From the NCBI GenBank assembly GCA_002633005.1, contig NMRA01000253.1, positions 445,251 to 509,250 of the forward strand: 64,000 nt of DNA, in the 5' to 3' direction. Under the pieces are notes generated by a model that searched no databases, was not told the DNA's origin, and was given only the letters and a program-made list of their open reading frames with translations. This stretch comes from Phoronis australis. Lineage: Eukaryota; Animalia; Phoronida. Made by a program: the position numbers and the translations under genes. Positions 22,959-36,356 of this stretch are shown piece after piece. Within the stretch, counting starts at the first letter, position 1. The number at the start of each line of letters is the position of its first letter.

Positions 22959-25391
22959 CTACAATCAGGCAGTGTAAGAAACTGGTTAATAATATTCGAA
23001 AAAGCAAAAACCACAACACGCATTGACAACAAACACCAGCTACCTTATAGAACTGTCATTAAGAGCAAAAACTTAATCAAATAGGCCAATAGCAAGAGCT
23101 GTGCTCCGTAGTCTTATTATTACTTTGCAAATTCAGTTTTAAGGACTTGAAACGTCACAATTTGAAACACATAATCTAACGGAGAGTTTAAATATTTCGA
23201 AAAATATTCTTGAACACCAGCCATCTAATCCTCAATTAAGGAGTTTATTTTGCATTTCACCATGATCTTTGAAACTGTGTGGCTTATCAAATGGCTAAAA
23301 TTTGGAAAAAGCGAAATCTTAATTGCATTTAGATGACGGAATCGTCAAGTTGGTGTGGGGACATCGACGGAGTTGGCAAATACATGTACGTATCTAAACG
23401 TAAAGCTATCAGAAGTCCGTCGGCTAGCGGAGAAGTGCGTGAACTTGTCTGATTGATTTTTACCCGTTTGGCACTGTGTTCACAAGATGAGGCCTGCCAA
23501 ATGTTGCAAAGACCGTGAACGTGGTGAAATTCATACCATTTCGACACAGCATAGTAGTGCCCGTAGGCCGGACGACCAGACGGAGATGACTACCGTTTAT
23601 GCACCCATCTACACAAAAAAAAAATTCTACCGCAAATCATTGCAATTGAGCCCACACAACTTAGTTTTACAGATGCACCTACATGTAATTGCAAACCAAG
23701 GGTACATGTCCATATATGTGCAAAACCATTGAGCACTTCGTGCCTTGATTAGGCTACCCTGGATATCGGCGTGCATTGAATGTTCTTTCAAAATGCAGGC
23801 ATACTAATCTACATATACAGAGTAAAGCAACTTTCTTTGAATGACATAGTGCCAAACGACCTTTATTTCTTGCTCTTGTTGACATAAAATTATTTTTCTC
23901 CTAAACAATTATCGTTTCGTGGCTCTCCTTCTGTGATTTCGGGTCGACATAATTCATGGTTTGAGGAAACTTTATTCCTGAACAAAACCGAAATTGACGT
24001 ATAATAAAATTTTGAATCATGCCAAGCTGCAAAAATATTCTTGAAAACACTTTGGAGAATCATTTTAAACGAATCAGGTAACTTGGAAGTTCATACTGGG
24101 TTTCTATGACTTGCGGCAACAGGCTCAACAATACAAAGATAATGATTGACTGTTTAATCACGAGCACGAAACGAGTCACCTGTCCAACGTTGGAATTTGA
24201 GTTACAGTACGATGTACAAATACATTTTGAATGTTTCATTGTCACGTATCTGTAGCATCACAATAACAGTTGAATGCCTCATTAAACGGAATAATATCCA
24301 TTTTTGTTGTGTGTAATCAACATAATCATGATTTGGTACGTTCGAACGGAGCTATGTATGCGCATACGGAGATTGACTTCTGTTGATTTGTTCGAAACGG
24401 TTTAGTGACCAAAGATCCGCGTCTGTAAGAAGTGAATTATGGTTGATGGGAATGGACCCTGTAACTTGGAAACGCATGACTAGACAGAGAAGGAAGGATA
24501 TCAGCAGTATTGATTATGAGCGTGAATGTTTTCTTTTCAGTCTATTTTCTTCTTTGCATGTTGATCTCTTTATTCAAGTCTATTTTTAATATTCATGAGT
24601 TCATGTATTTTTAAAACCAATTTCCGGAAAACCGCTGATCGAGCTTATATTTGATAGTGTCTACGTCAGCAATAGAGAAAATTTCAAGTTGGTAAATCGA
24701 AGTAAAATAGAAACTGTTTTTAAATGTAACAGAGCTTTACATACATTAATTTTACCGTAAAAATCGAACGTTTGTGTTTTCCTTTTTGATGTCTGACTCA
24801 AAGATAATGGAAACCAGTTGAATTTGGGGTGACATCCTTTTTTCAGAGTTCGCAATTGAGTCTTCTTGCGCAAAACTTCCAGAAACAACTGCAGAAGTAT
24901 CCTGATCTTCTTGCAACATAATGGCCTTTAGCTTTGAAAATGTTAAACCCGCATCAAAGGTCATTTCTTTCCAGGTGTAACATACAAAAATTTGTTTGGT
25001 CTGAAGTTTAAACGCCTTATTCGCCTAACTTAGGTGCAACTATTGCAAGTTTTATTGTAAATCCGACCAAAGTCGGGTTTCTTAGGACGGACAACACGAG
25101 AAAATCTAATTTCAGTGTTAACCTCCATGAAGACCTTACCTAGAGTTTTTGTAGTAACTAAGGCAAATGCAAAAATGTACAACTATGCGCAATCAAAACT
25201 GTCCTAAAAACAGCGTCCCGTTTCGTAGCAGTTTTTCAAAAAAAAACAGACCGTCAATGTTTACCAAAATCGTAAAATTGTCACTTGAGGGTTGAGAACA
25301 CCAGGAACCGTACAAAATGAGCAGGACCCAAGGGGCTGTATTCTTTATATCACGTTGTACTTAGCAAATTTTATTCAACTTGATGGTGGTT

Positions 25392-27965
25392 GATGGGACT
25401 TCCAGTAAAATGGCGCCTGCACAAAACGTGCGTTTTGCTGGTCTGTTAATTTTCAAAGTTATCTTCACCTTGCTGCTTGAAATGGGACGTCCAAAAGAGC
25501 CACATCATCTCCTGCACCGAAAGACAGTGAGGAAGTGCTAGAGAATGAACCCGTTTGGTTTTCATCATTAAAAAGTGAGTTGAAAAGGTCTAATACGGAG
25601 ATTATGAACGAGCTCGGTCACATAAAAGAATTGTTAAACTTAGCCTTTAACACTGCGGAAGAAGCCTTAACAAACTCCAAACAGTGTGTTGGATAAAGAA
25701 AACGGGTATTTGAAATCCAAAATCTTATCTCTCAAAATGCGTTCTAGAAGGAACAATCTCGTGTTTGTGGGGACCCCCCAAACCCAGGATATGTCGTGTG
25801 AGAACAGTTTATCTATAGTGCTAAAGCGATATATGGGCCTTGACAACATCTCCTTTGAAAGAGTGCACCCGATTGGCGATAAAGGTACTATAATTGCTAA
25901 GTTTTCGTTCTATAAACAACGACAACAACTGTTAATGATCGATTTTGAAAAAGCTTTCGACTCAGTCTCCTGGTTTTTCATCCTCAAGGCATAATCGTAC
26001 TTTAACTTTGGCCCAAGGTTCATTGACATGGTCAAAACACTATACAACAAATCTTGTCTCTGTGTTCTCCAACATGGATTTTTCTCTGAATTTTTTTGAA
26101 ATGGGGAGAGGCTGTCGTCAAGGAGACCCCATTTCTCCTTACCTTTTTTATTATGTGTAGAAATATTGGGTAATTTAATTCTTCAGGATGGTGGCATCAC
26201 TGGGGTCAGAATAGGTGTTTCTGAGTTTAAATTTATCCAGTACGCTGACGACACTTGTTAAATTTTGGACGGTTCTGAGTTATCTCTTAGATCATCTTTG
26301 AATTTAATTTACCAATTTGCTAAACTTTCTGGTTTGAAGCCAAACATCGAGAAAACAAGATGTGTTTGGATTGGTTCAAAAAAAGACTCTCACGAAAAAC
26401 TTTGTGTCAATGAGAACCTGTTATGGACCAACAAACCCTTCATGTTTTTGGGAATAAACTTCTCCACTGATTATAATACAATGCCGGTTATTAACTATAG
26501 TTGCAGGTTTTTAGAAACTAAGAAAATGGTGGGCTCTTGGTAAAGACGAATTCTTACTGTTTTAGGTAAAATAACCGTGGTTAAGACACTTTTATTGCCC
26601 AATATTGTTCATTTGCTTCAATCTCTCCCTAGCCCATCCATTGACATGATTAAAGAATTAGAGCGAGTTTTTTTGGCTTCATTTGGAATGGGAAGAATGA
26701 CAGAGTTAGCCGAAATGAAATTGTACAAAATCAGGATCATGGTGGACTAAAATGGTTCATGTTAGTTTTTTATTAAGTCTTTGAAAATATCGTGGCTTCG
26801 TAACCTATTCACCTCAAATACCATACGTGACCTTGCAGAGGCAGTTTTTGGGCTGTAAAGTAGATAACTTTTTTAAAATGGGAGACGCTTTCCTTAAAAA
26901 AATAGCCGAACGCACTGACAATCTGTTCTGGAAAGAAGTTTTAAGCGATGTTGTGATCCTGTTTCAAATGTGTGACAAAAATGAAAATATTATTTATATG
27001 CGCTATCTGCGAAGCGATACCGAAGCTAGTTTACAGTGAAACAACTGCGGTATAATTCAAAGATTAACGTTGGTAGAAAATCTATTTTCTACAAAACTTG
27101 GTTTGAAAGGGGAGTCTATCGTGTGTGTGGTTTGTTTTAAAGCTGAAGGTTCTTCTATGTCATACGAACAACTCTGTAATAGCTATAATTTTCAACCTCC
27201 AATACTAGAATTCTATGGATTAAGAAGTGCAACCTGTGCAGCGTACGTGGGTCTTAAGAATAGATAAAACAATATCTTTTTACCAAGTAATATGTACATG
27301 TATAAAATTTTACATAATAAATCACAAGTGGTACACATTGATGACACCTTGGTACAGTCATCTGAGATAGATATAAACGGTGTTATAAATAATATAAATT
27401 TTAGTGACTCTGATACATGGTGGAGAAAAGTAAATGAACTCCCCTTCAATTGTTTAAAAGATACAAAATTGCGTTGGTTTCAATACCGCTTAATTCACAG
27501 AATATTGCCAACTAATAGTTATTTACATAAAATTAAAATAAAAACAAGTGATTTATGCTCTTTCTGTGGTGAACACAATGAAACTTTTCTCCATCTGTTT
27601 TGGGAATGTCGTCTTGTCTCCGGTTTCTGGTTCCTGTTTACTGATTGGTTAAAACAAACATATGTAGATTATTCATGTGGACAAGATAGCAGTGTTTTTT
27701 TGGTTTTTTGGGAAACATTCAGTCGGAAAATTGTAATATTAATTTGTTGATCATGCAAGCAAAAAATTACATTTTTAGTCTAAAGTTTGTTAAAAAAATC
27801 TTAATATCGAATTGTTCATTATTAAATTTCATCCTGAAGGAAATACGGTACTTGTTAATTAATGATTTAATGTTATTTAAACGATGTATAGTATACTGTT
27901 TTATATGACTTGTAATTATCATGCTAGAGCAAAATAAAAATATGATGAAGAAAAAAAACAAAAAA
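25392..27965 (+). mobile_element. L1/Tx1-type non-LTR retrotransposon, 5'-intact but internally deleted and decayed
   Basis: 15-bp TSD AACTTGATGGTGGTT (25377-25391, 27966-27980) and an A-rich tail. ORF1 motif RSRRNNL; RT motifs IDFEKAFDSV, GCRQGDPISPYLF, QYADDT; C-terminal CSFCGEHNETFLHLFWEC. Empty sites exist in paralogous units (~19905, ~33393). Confidence 0.92.
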
Positions 27966-28637
27966 AACTTGATGGTGGTTCGAAAATAAAACGCAAAAAC
28001 GTTGAATTGGGCATTGGTGCACATAACTGTAGTCAAATCTGTCCGAAAGACAATATATACCGTTTGTTAACAGGCAACTAGATATGGAATTCTAATATGT
28101 TGAGACTTTAAATGATCAACTCGGTAAATTCAACCAGGCGAAGGAATAAAGTGCAAATAGGGGGCACAGCACAAGTCGAGTTCATCTCAAGTTAACGACA
28201 GAAAAGTTCTGCTCCGTCAAGTCTCATAACAATGCGTCGCCGATAGTAACAGACGCAAATATGAAAACCGTCACCTATTTAAATTCGTCAAAAATCAACC
28301 CAGCCAATTTCTCGTTGCAATAAGTCTAAAAACAGAACTATTATCAAAAGCGCAATTTCATAAATCTCTCGAGTCACTCGACCGTGGCTAGCACTAAATA
28401 GCAACGAGGCCACAATGATTACTACCCGCTCAAAGGCAATATTGCATATATTCCTAGAATTCATCTGCAATCTGGCTGGACTTGTTCACGTTTAATTTTT
28501 TGTAACGGAAAATATATAATTCATAACATCGGGATGCTTGCAGATATCGACAAATTAACCTCAGAAAACACCAGGCTAAATGGAACATAATGCAATCTAG
28601 TTATCATCAAAACGTTGCTAATCAACTTTGTACAAAC

Positions 28638-28787
28638 CTGGTGGCTCAGATGTTGTAGTTGTTTTCACAGTAGTGCAATATCCGCAAAATAAAGCACAGT
28701 TATCTCTTGCCCATGGTTCATAGTCTCCAAAACAAGCCGATGAATTATAGTCCTTGCAGTTCTCCAGTTTGTCTTCACACTTAGCTA
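28638..28787 (-). CDS. Type-2 ShKT exon + Thr-rich linker
   Basis: 150 nt, TATAG|...CCAG|GTTTGT, phase 1-1. VAKCEDKLENCKDYNSSACFGDYEPWARDNCALFCGYCTTVKTTTTSEPP. Confidence 0.88.
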
Positions 28788-30838
28788 CTATATACATACA
28801 GGATAAAAACGGTTAACACGCTTCGACAAGCAAAAAACACAACAACCCTATAGAATTACCGATAAGAGCTAGATCTGTTTCAGAAATGGCCAGATGTGTG
28901 CAGATTCCCACTCCTCTAATCACTTTTAAATTAGTGATATTCGTCATTAAGAATTGCTGATTCCGAATGTCTAACAGATCAGTTGTGTATTTCTTTCAGC
29001 TCAAACGATACCTGTCAAAAGGGGATATACTCAGATCCGTCCACACGACATGTAATTGTAAACAAAATAAACCCTCTTACATGTACATTTCTCTACCTTT
29101 TATGTTCCAATCTACATGAGCTTTTTTTGGACCGAGAAACCATGCAACTCTGACCATATGTCTAATTGTGAAGAAACATAGGTGCAACTGAGCATAAATG
29201 TGACACATTTGAGTAGATCTTGCCCTGATTTTGCTACGTCGTATATTATAGGTGTGCAACGAATATTGTTTTTTACAATGCGGCCATTGTTAATTAGCAT
29301 GTAGAAGGAAACTTCTTTTGAATGACGTAGTGCCAAACAAGGTGTACTGTTCGATTGTCTCGGCAAGATATTTGCAATCTGTCTTCTATTAGTATTTAGA
29401 AAATGCTCCAAGCTTTTATTTCACCGAGTCATTAACCCCGCACTCTGAGTGAAATGGATTATTGTATTTTTAACTAAACAAGGTGTACGTTAAGTTGGAC
29501 CATGATGGTCCACCTGCACAACGAGGCTCGCGTGTGCCTAATTGCGGAGTGAAAGTGCATGAATCTACATGTAAAATGTTCGGTTAAAAATCTTGCAAAT
29601 CGCATACTTTAAAGATATGACAACTGCACTGATTTGCGAGGTGTTGCATAAAAAGGTAACCAATAGAAGTGTGATTTTTTCGCTTTGCTGCGTGCTAGAG
29701 AGTACCGTGTAATCATTGTTTTACTGCTAAGATGTCACTTTTGGAGCCACGTGGCCACACAAGTAAGAATAATTCAAGAGCTCCCTAATGTTATTTATTT
29801 CTCATGATTTCAGCGCCTATGTAACTTATTCAACTCACATGAGACTTTTTTACAAATTTTAAAGAGTATTTATGAACGTGGTAACATTGCACGCAAAAAT
29901 GCACCTAGCAACAGTCGAAAATGAAATCAGCGCCTTCCAGATTTCAGGCAGAACATTGTAACGTTTTGAATCAGTATTTCTAACCGTTGATCATATAAAA
30001 AAGATGGATAACAAAATACACACCAAAATACTAAATTGCCACTAGGATATACAGAGAATTGGGAACCGTGAAATTAAGCACCATAGCGGATGTGAACTGT
30101 ATTTTTCGCAGAAACGCATTTGTGAAATACCAAGTACCAAAAAATTTGATCCACAATGGTTGAGGTTACAATAACGGTATCAACGCAGAAACGTTTAACT
30201 GAACAGGTGTTTCACGTAGTCGGGACTATCCGACAGACAACATAAGCTCTTAGGTTACATCAAGACCTAGCTATAGTATTCCAAGACGAAACTTCAAGAA
30301 AGTAAGGCAGTAAATTGAAGCAGGTGTAGGAATAAACCAGCAAAGAACGCACATGGAAGCAGTCAAATTGTCTGGAAAGTTTCGAGAAAACCATCCGTCG
30401 ATGCTAACAGACATTCAGATAGCTCTAAAAACGATTAAATTCACAAAAGCACATATTTGTGATCGTCAAAAGATCAATGGCATCCAAGTTCTGCTTGCAA
30501 TACATGTAGGTCTAAACTCCGATAGCCTTTTGTTAACTAACTACATCAAACGGGCTATGTCATGAACATCGCCAACCGAACTGTGGCAACGACTACATGG
30601 CAACGAGTCCAGTCCGATTATCCCCTCCTAGGCATTTTAGCACGTATTGCTCTCGTTTGGATTGCAATGTGCCTGCACTTTTGCGTGTATCATTTGTTGT
30701 AGGTGAAAAAATAAAATCCATGGCTTTGGAGTGCTTGTACCTATCACCAAAAAACCCCATACAACCACATGACAAAGAAAACATGATGCACATTATGAAA
30801 ACAGTTTAGAAAGCGTTGCTAATCATCATTGTACAAAC

Positions 30839-31000
30839 CTGGTGGCGCATATGGCGTTGGTTCTGTCGTTGTTTTTCTCACAGCACTGCAATAACCACAA
30901 CTTAAAGCACAATTCTCTCTTGCCCATTCTTGATTCTCGCCAACACACACCCATGCAAAGTATTTTTTGCAATCTTCCCATTTGTCTCCACACTCAGTCA
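30839..31000 (-). CDS. Type-1 ShKT exon + linker
   Basis: 162 nt, phase 1-1. VTECGDKWEDCKKYFAWVCVGENQEWARENCALSCGYCSAVRKTTTEPTPYAPP. Confidence 0.88.
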
Positions 31001-34000
31001 CTACAATCAGGCAGTGTAAAAAACTGGTAAATAAGATTCGAAAAAGCAAAAACCACAACATGCAATGAAAACAAACACCAGGTACCTTATAGAACTGTCA
31101 TTAAAAGCGAAAACTTCATCAAATAGGCCAATAGCAAGAGCTGTGCTCCGTAGTCTTATTATTACTTTGCAAATTCTGTTTTAAGGACTTAAAACGTCAG
31201 AATTTGAAACATATATTCTAACGGAGAGTTTAAATATTTCGAAAAATATTCTTGAACGCCAGTCATCTAATCCTCAATTAAGGAGTTCCTTTTCCATTTC
31301 ATCATGATCTTTGAAACTACATGTATGTGGCTCATAAAATCACTAAAATTTAGAATGGCGAAAAATTAATTGCATCTAGATGACGGAATCGTCAAGTTAG
31401 TACGGGGACATGGAGGGAGTTGGCAACGTACGTATCAAAGCGTAAAACTATCAGAAGTCCGTCGGCTGACGCTGAAGTGCTTGAACTTGTCTAATTTTTA
31501 CCGGTTTGGCACTGTGTTCACAAGATCAGGCCTGCCAATCGTTGCAAAGACCGTGAGCGTGGTGAAATTCATACCACTTCGACACAGCATAGTAGTGCCC
31601 GTAGGCCGGACGACCGGACGGAGATGACCACCGTTTTTTCGCCCATCTACACAAAAAACATTTTTCTACCGCAAATCATTGCAATTGAGCCCACACAACT
31701 TCGTTTTAAAGATGCACCTAATTGCAAACCAAGGGTACATGTCCATGTGCAAAACCATTGAGCATGACGTGCCTTGAGTAGGCTACCCTGGATATCGTCG
31801 CGCATTGAATGTTCTTTCAAAAAGCAGGCATCTTAATCTACAAATACAAAGTAAAGCAACTTCCGTTGAATGACATAGTACCAAACGACCTTTATTTCTT
31901 GCTCCTGTTGGCATAAAATTATTTTTCTTCTAAACAAGTATCGTTTCGTGGCTCTCCTTCTATGATTTCGGGTCGAGTTAATTCATGGTTTGAGGAAACT
32001 TTATTCGTGAACAAAATCGAAATTGACGCATAATAAAATTTTGAATAATGCCAAGCTGCACAAATATTCTTGAAAACAGTTTGGCGAATCATTTTAAACG
32101 AATCAGGTAAGTTGGAAGTTGATGCTGGGTTTCTCTGACATGCGGCATTAGACTCAAGAATACAAAGATAATGATTGACTATTTAATCACGAGCATGAAA
32201 CAAGTCACATGTCCAACGTTGGAACTTGACTTACAGTACGATGTACGAATACATTTTGAATGTTTGATTGTCACGTATCTGTAGCATCACAATAACTGTT
32301 GAATGCCTCATTAAACGGAATAATATCCATTTTCGTTGTATGTATCAACATAATCATGTTTTGGTACGTTTGAACGGAGATATGTATGCGCATACGGAGA
32401 AAGACTTCTGTTGATTTGTTCGAAACTGTTTAGTGACCAAAGATCCGAGTCTGTAAGAAGTGAATTATGGTTGATGGGAATGGACCTTGTAAATTCGAAA
32501 CGCATGACTAGACAGAGAAGGAACGATATCGGCAGCATTGATTATGGGTGTGAATGTTTTCTTTTCTGTCTATGTTCTTCTCTGAATGTTGATCTCTTTA
32601 TTCAAGTCTATTTTTAATATTCATGAGTTCTTGTATTTTTAAAACCAATTTCCGGAAAAGCTTATTCGAGCTTATTTTTGGTAGTGTCTACGTCAGGAAT
32701 ACAGAAAATTTCAAGTTGGTAAATCAGAGTAAAATAAAAACTGTTTTTAAATGTGACAGAGCTTCATATACATTAATTTAACTATGAAAAATCGAACGTT
32801 TATGTATTCCTTTTTTATGTCTAAGACAACGATAATGGAGACCAGTTGAATTGATGGTGACTTTATATTTTCAGACCTCGCAAATGAGTCTTCTTGGTAA
32901 AAAATTCCAGAAACTACTGCAGAAGTATCCTGATCTTCTTGCAACATAATGGCCTCTGGCTTTGAAGATGTAAAAGGTCATTTCCTTCCAGGTGTAACAT
33001 GCAAAAAATTGTTCGATCTGAATTTCAAATGGCTTATTCGCATAACTCAGGTGCGACAATTGCAAGTTTTATTGTCAATAAGGCAAAAGTTGGGTTTCAT
33101 AGGACGGACAACACGACAAAATCTGACCTCAGTTTTAACCTCCATTAAGACCTTACCTAGACTTTTTGTAGTAACTAAAGCAAATGCAAAAATGTACAAC
33201 TATGCACAGTCAAAACTGCCCTAAAAACAGCGTCCCGTTTCGTAGCAGTTTTTCAAAAAAAAAACAGACCAACAATGTATACCAAAATCTTAAACTTGCC
33301 ACTTGAGGGTTGAGAACACTAGGAACAGTATAAAATGGGCAGGCCCCAAGGGGCTGTATTCTTTATATCACAATGTACCTAGCAATTGATTCAACTTGAC
33401 CGTGGTTCGAAAGATAGACCCAGAAACTTTGAATTGGTCATCGGCGCACATAAATGTAGTCAAATCTGTCCGAAAGACAATACAAACCGTTTTGTTAACA
33501 GGCAACTAGATATAGAATTCTATGTTGAGACGTTAAATGAGTAACTCGGCAAATTCAACCAGGCGAAAGAATAAAATGCAAATGGGGGGCATACCACAAG
33601 TCGAGTTCATCTCAAGTTAACGACAGACAAGTTCTGCTCTGTCAAGTCTCATAACAATCCGTTGCCGATAGTAACAGACGTATACATGAAAACCGTCACC
33701 CATAGGACTTATTTCAATTCGTCAAAAATCAACCCAGCCAACTTCTCGTTTCAATCAGTTTAAAAATAGAACTTTTATCAAAAGCGCAATATCATAAATC
33801 TCTCGAGTCAATTGACCGTGGCTAGTACTAAATAGCAATGAGGCCACTCCGATTACCAGCTCAAGGGCAATATTGCATATATTCCTAGGATTACACTGCA
33901 ATCTGGATGGACTAGTTCTCGTTTAATTTGTTTCAAGTGAAATTATATAATTCATAACATCAGAATGCTTGCAGATATCGCCAAATTAATACCAGAAAAC

Positions 34001-34068
34001 ACCAGGCCAAATACAACATAAAGCAAAGTAGTTATCACCAAAACGTTGCTAATCACAATTGCACAAAC

Positions 34069-34221
34069 CTGGTGGCGCATATGTTGTAGTTCTTGTTGTC
34101 ACAGCAGTACAATGACCACAAAATAAAGCACAGTTATCTCTTGCCCATGGTTCATAGTCTCCAAAACAAGCCGATGAAGTATAGTCGTTGCAGTTCTCCA
34201 GTTTGTCTTCACAATTAGTTA
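34069..34221 (-). CDS. Type-2 ShKT exon + linker
   Basis: 153 nt, phase 1-1. VTNCEDKLENCNDYTSSACFGDYEPWARDNCALFCGHCTAVTTRTTTYAPP. Confidence 0.88.
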
Positions 34222-36194
34222 CTATATGCATACAGGGAAAAAATGGTTAACAAGCTTGGACAAGCAAAAACCACGACAACCCTATAGAATTACCGATAAG
34301 AGCTATTTCTGTTTCAGAAATGGCCAGATCTGCGCAGATTCCCACTTCTTTATCACTTTTAATTAGAGATTTTGTCATAAAAAGTCGATGATTAAGAATG
34401 TCTAACAGAGCGCTTGCGTATTTCTTTGAGCTCACACGAAACCTGTCAAAAAGGGATATATTCAGATCAGTCCAGACGTCATGAAATTGTTAACAAAATG
34501 AATCTTCTTACATTTCGCTACATTTTAAGTTCCAATCTACATGAATTTTTTCCACCGAGAAACCATGCAACTCTGCGCATACGTCTAATTGTGGAGAAAC
34601 ATTAGTGCAACTGAGCATATATGTGAAACTTTTGAGTAGATCTTGCCCTGATTTTGCTACGTCGTATAATATATATGTGTGCGATGATTATTCTTTTTAA
34701 AATGCAGCCATTGTTAATTTGCATGTAGAAGGAAATTTCTTTTGAAAGATTTGTGCCAAACAAGGTGTACTGTTTGTTTGTCTGGGCAAGATATTTGCAA
34801 TGTATTAAACCGTCTTCTATTAGTACCTAGAAAATGCTCCAAGCTCTTTATTTCACCGTGTCATTATCACTACAGGCTGTGTGAAATGGATTATTGTATT
34901 TTTAACTAAACAAGGTGTGCGTAAAGTTGGAACATGATGGTGCGCCTCCACAACGACACCCGCTATTGCCTAAATGCGGAGTTAAAGCGCATGACTCTAC
35001 ATGTAAAATATTTGGTTAAAAAATCTTGCAAATCCAAAACTTTAGAGATATGACCACTGCACTGATTTGCGAGGTGTTGCATTAAAAGATAATCAATATA
35101 TGTGTGATATTTTTACATTGCAGCGTGCTAGAGAGTACCGTGTAATCTTTTTTTTTACTGCTAAGATGTCGCCTATGTAAATTTAAACTCACATGAGGCT
35201 TTTTTACAAATTTTTTTTAAAGTGTATTTATGAATGTGGTAATATTGCACGCAAAAATGCACGTAGCAACAGTCGAAATTAAAATCAGCGCCATGCAGAT
35301 TTCCGGCAGAAACATTGTAACGTTTCGAATCAATTTTTCAAACCGTTTGTCATATAAAAAGATGGATAATAAAATACACACCAAAAAGTAAATTGACACT
35401 AGGAGGTGCAGAGAACTGGGAACCGTGAAAATAAGCACCATAGCGGATGTAAAATGTATTCCTCGCAGAAAAACATTTGTGAAATACCAAGTACCTATAC
35501 ATTTGATCCACAATGATCGAGGTTACAATAATGGTATCAAGGCAGAAACGTTAAACTGAACGGGAATTTCACGTAGTCGGGACTATCCTACAAACAACAT
35601 AAGCTCTTATGTTATAACAGGACCTAGCTATAGTATTCCAAGACGAAAATTTAAGAAAGTAAGGCAGTAAATTGAAGCAAGTGCAGGAGCAAACCTGCAA
35701 AGAACGCACATGGAAGCAGACAAATGCTTCGGAAAGCTTTGAGAAAACCATCCTTGATGCTAAAAGACATTAAGATAGCGTTAAAAACCGAAAAAAATTC
35801 ACTACGGCACATATTCGTCATCGTAAAAATCTATGGCATCCAAGTTCTCCTTGCAATAGGTCTAAACTCCAGTAGCCGTTTGTTAACTAACTACATGAAA
35901 AACGCTATGCCATGAACATCGCCAACCTAACGACTGTGGCAACGACTACAGCGCAACGAGTCTAGTCCGATTATCCCCTCCTAGGCATTTTAGCTCGTAT
36001 TGCTCTCGTTTGGATTGCAATATGGCTGCACTTTTGCGTGTATCATTTGTTGTAGGTGAAAAAATGAAATCCATGTCTTTGGAGTACTTGTTCCTATCGC
36101 CAAAATAACCCCATGGAACCGCATAGTGACAAAGAAAAAATTATGCACATCATGTCACACTTTTGAAAGCGTTGCTAATCATGAGTGTACAAAC

Positions 36195-36356
36195 CTATTG
36201 GCACAGATGTCGTAGTTGCTGTCGTTGTTGTTGTCACAGCAGTGCAATAACCGCAGCTTAAAGCACAATTCTCCCTTGACCATTCTTCATTCTCGCCAGC
36301 ACAAGCCCATGCATAATTGTTGCAGTCTTCCCGTTTGTCTCCACAATCAGTCACGA
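36195..36356 (-). CDS. Type-1 ShKT exon + linker
   Basis: 162 nt, phase 1-1. VVTDCGDKREDCNNYAWACAGENEEWSRENCALSCGYCTAVTTTTTATTTSVPI. Confidence 0.88.

Noticed and set aside
32311-32538. ORF with a signal-peptide-like start (MLPISFLLCLVM...)
   Set aside because: The paralog at ~18.9-19.1 kb lacks the ATG and has stops, and the ~24.3-24.5 kb paralog also lacks the ATG. It is probably intronic relic sequence.
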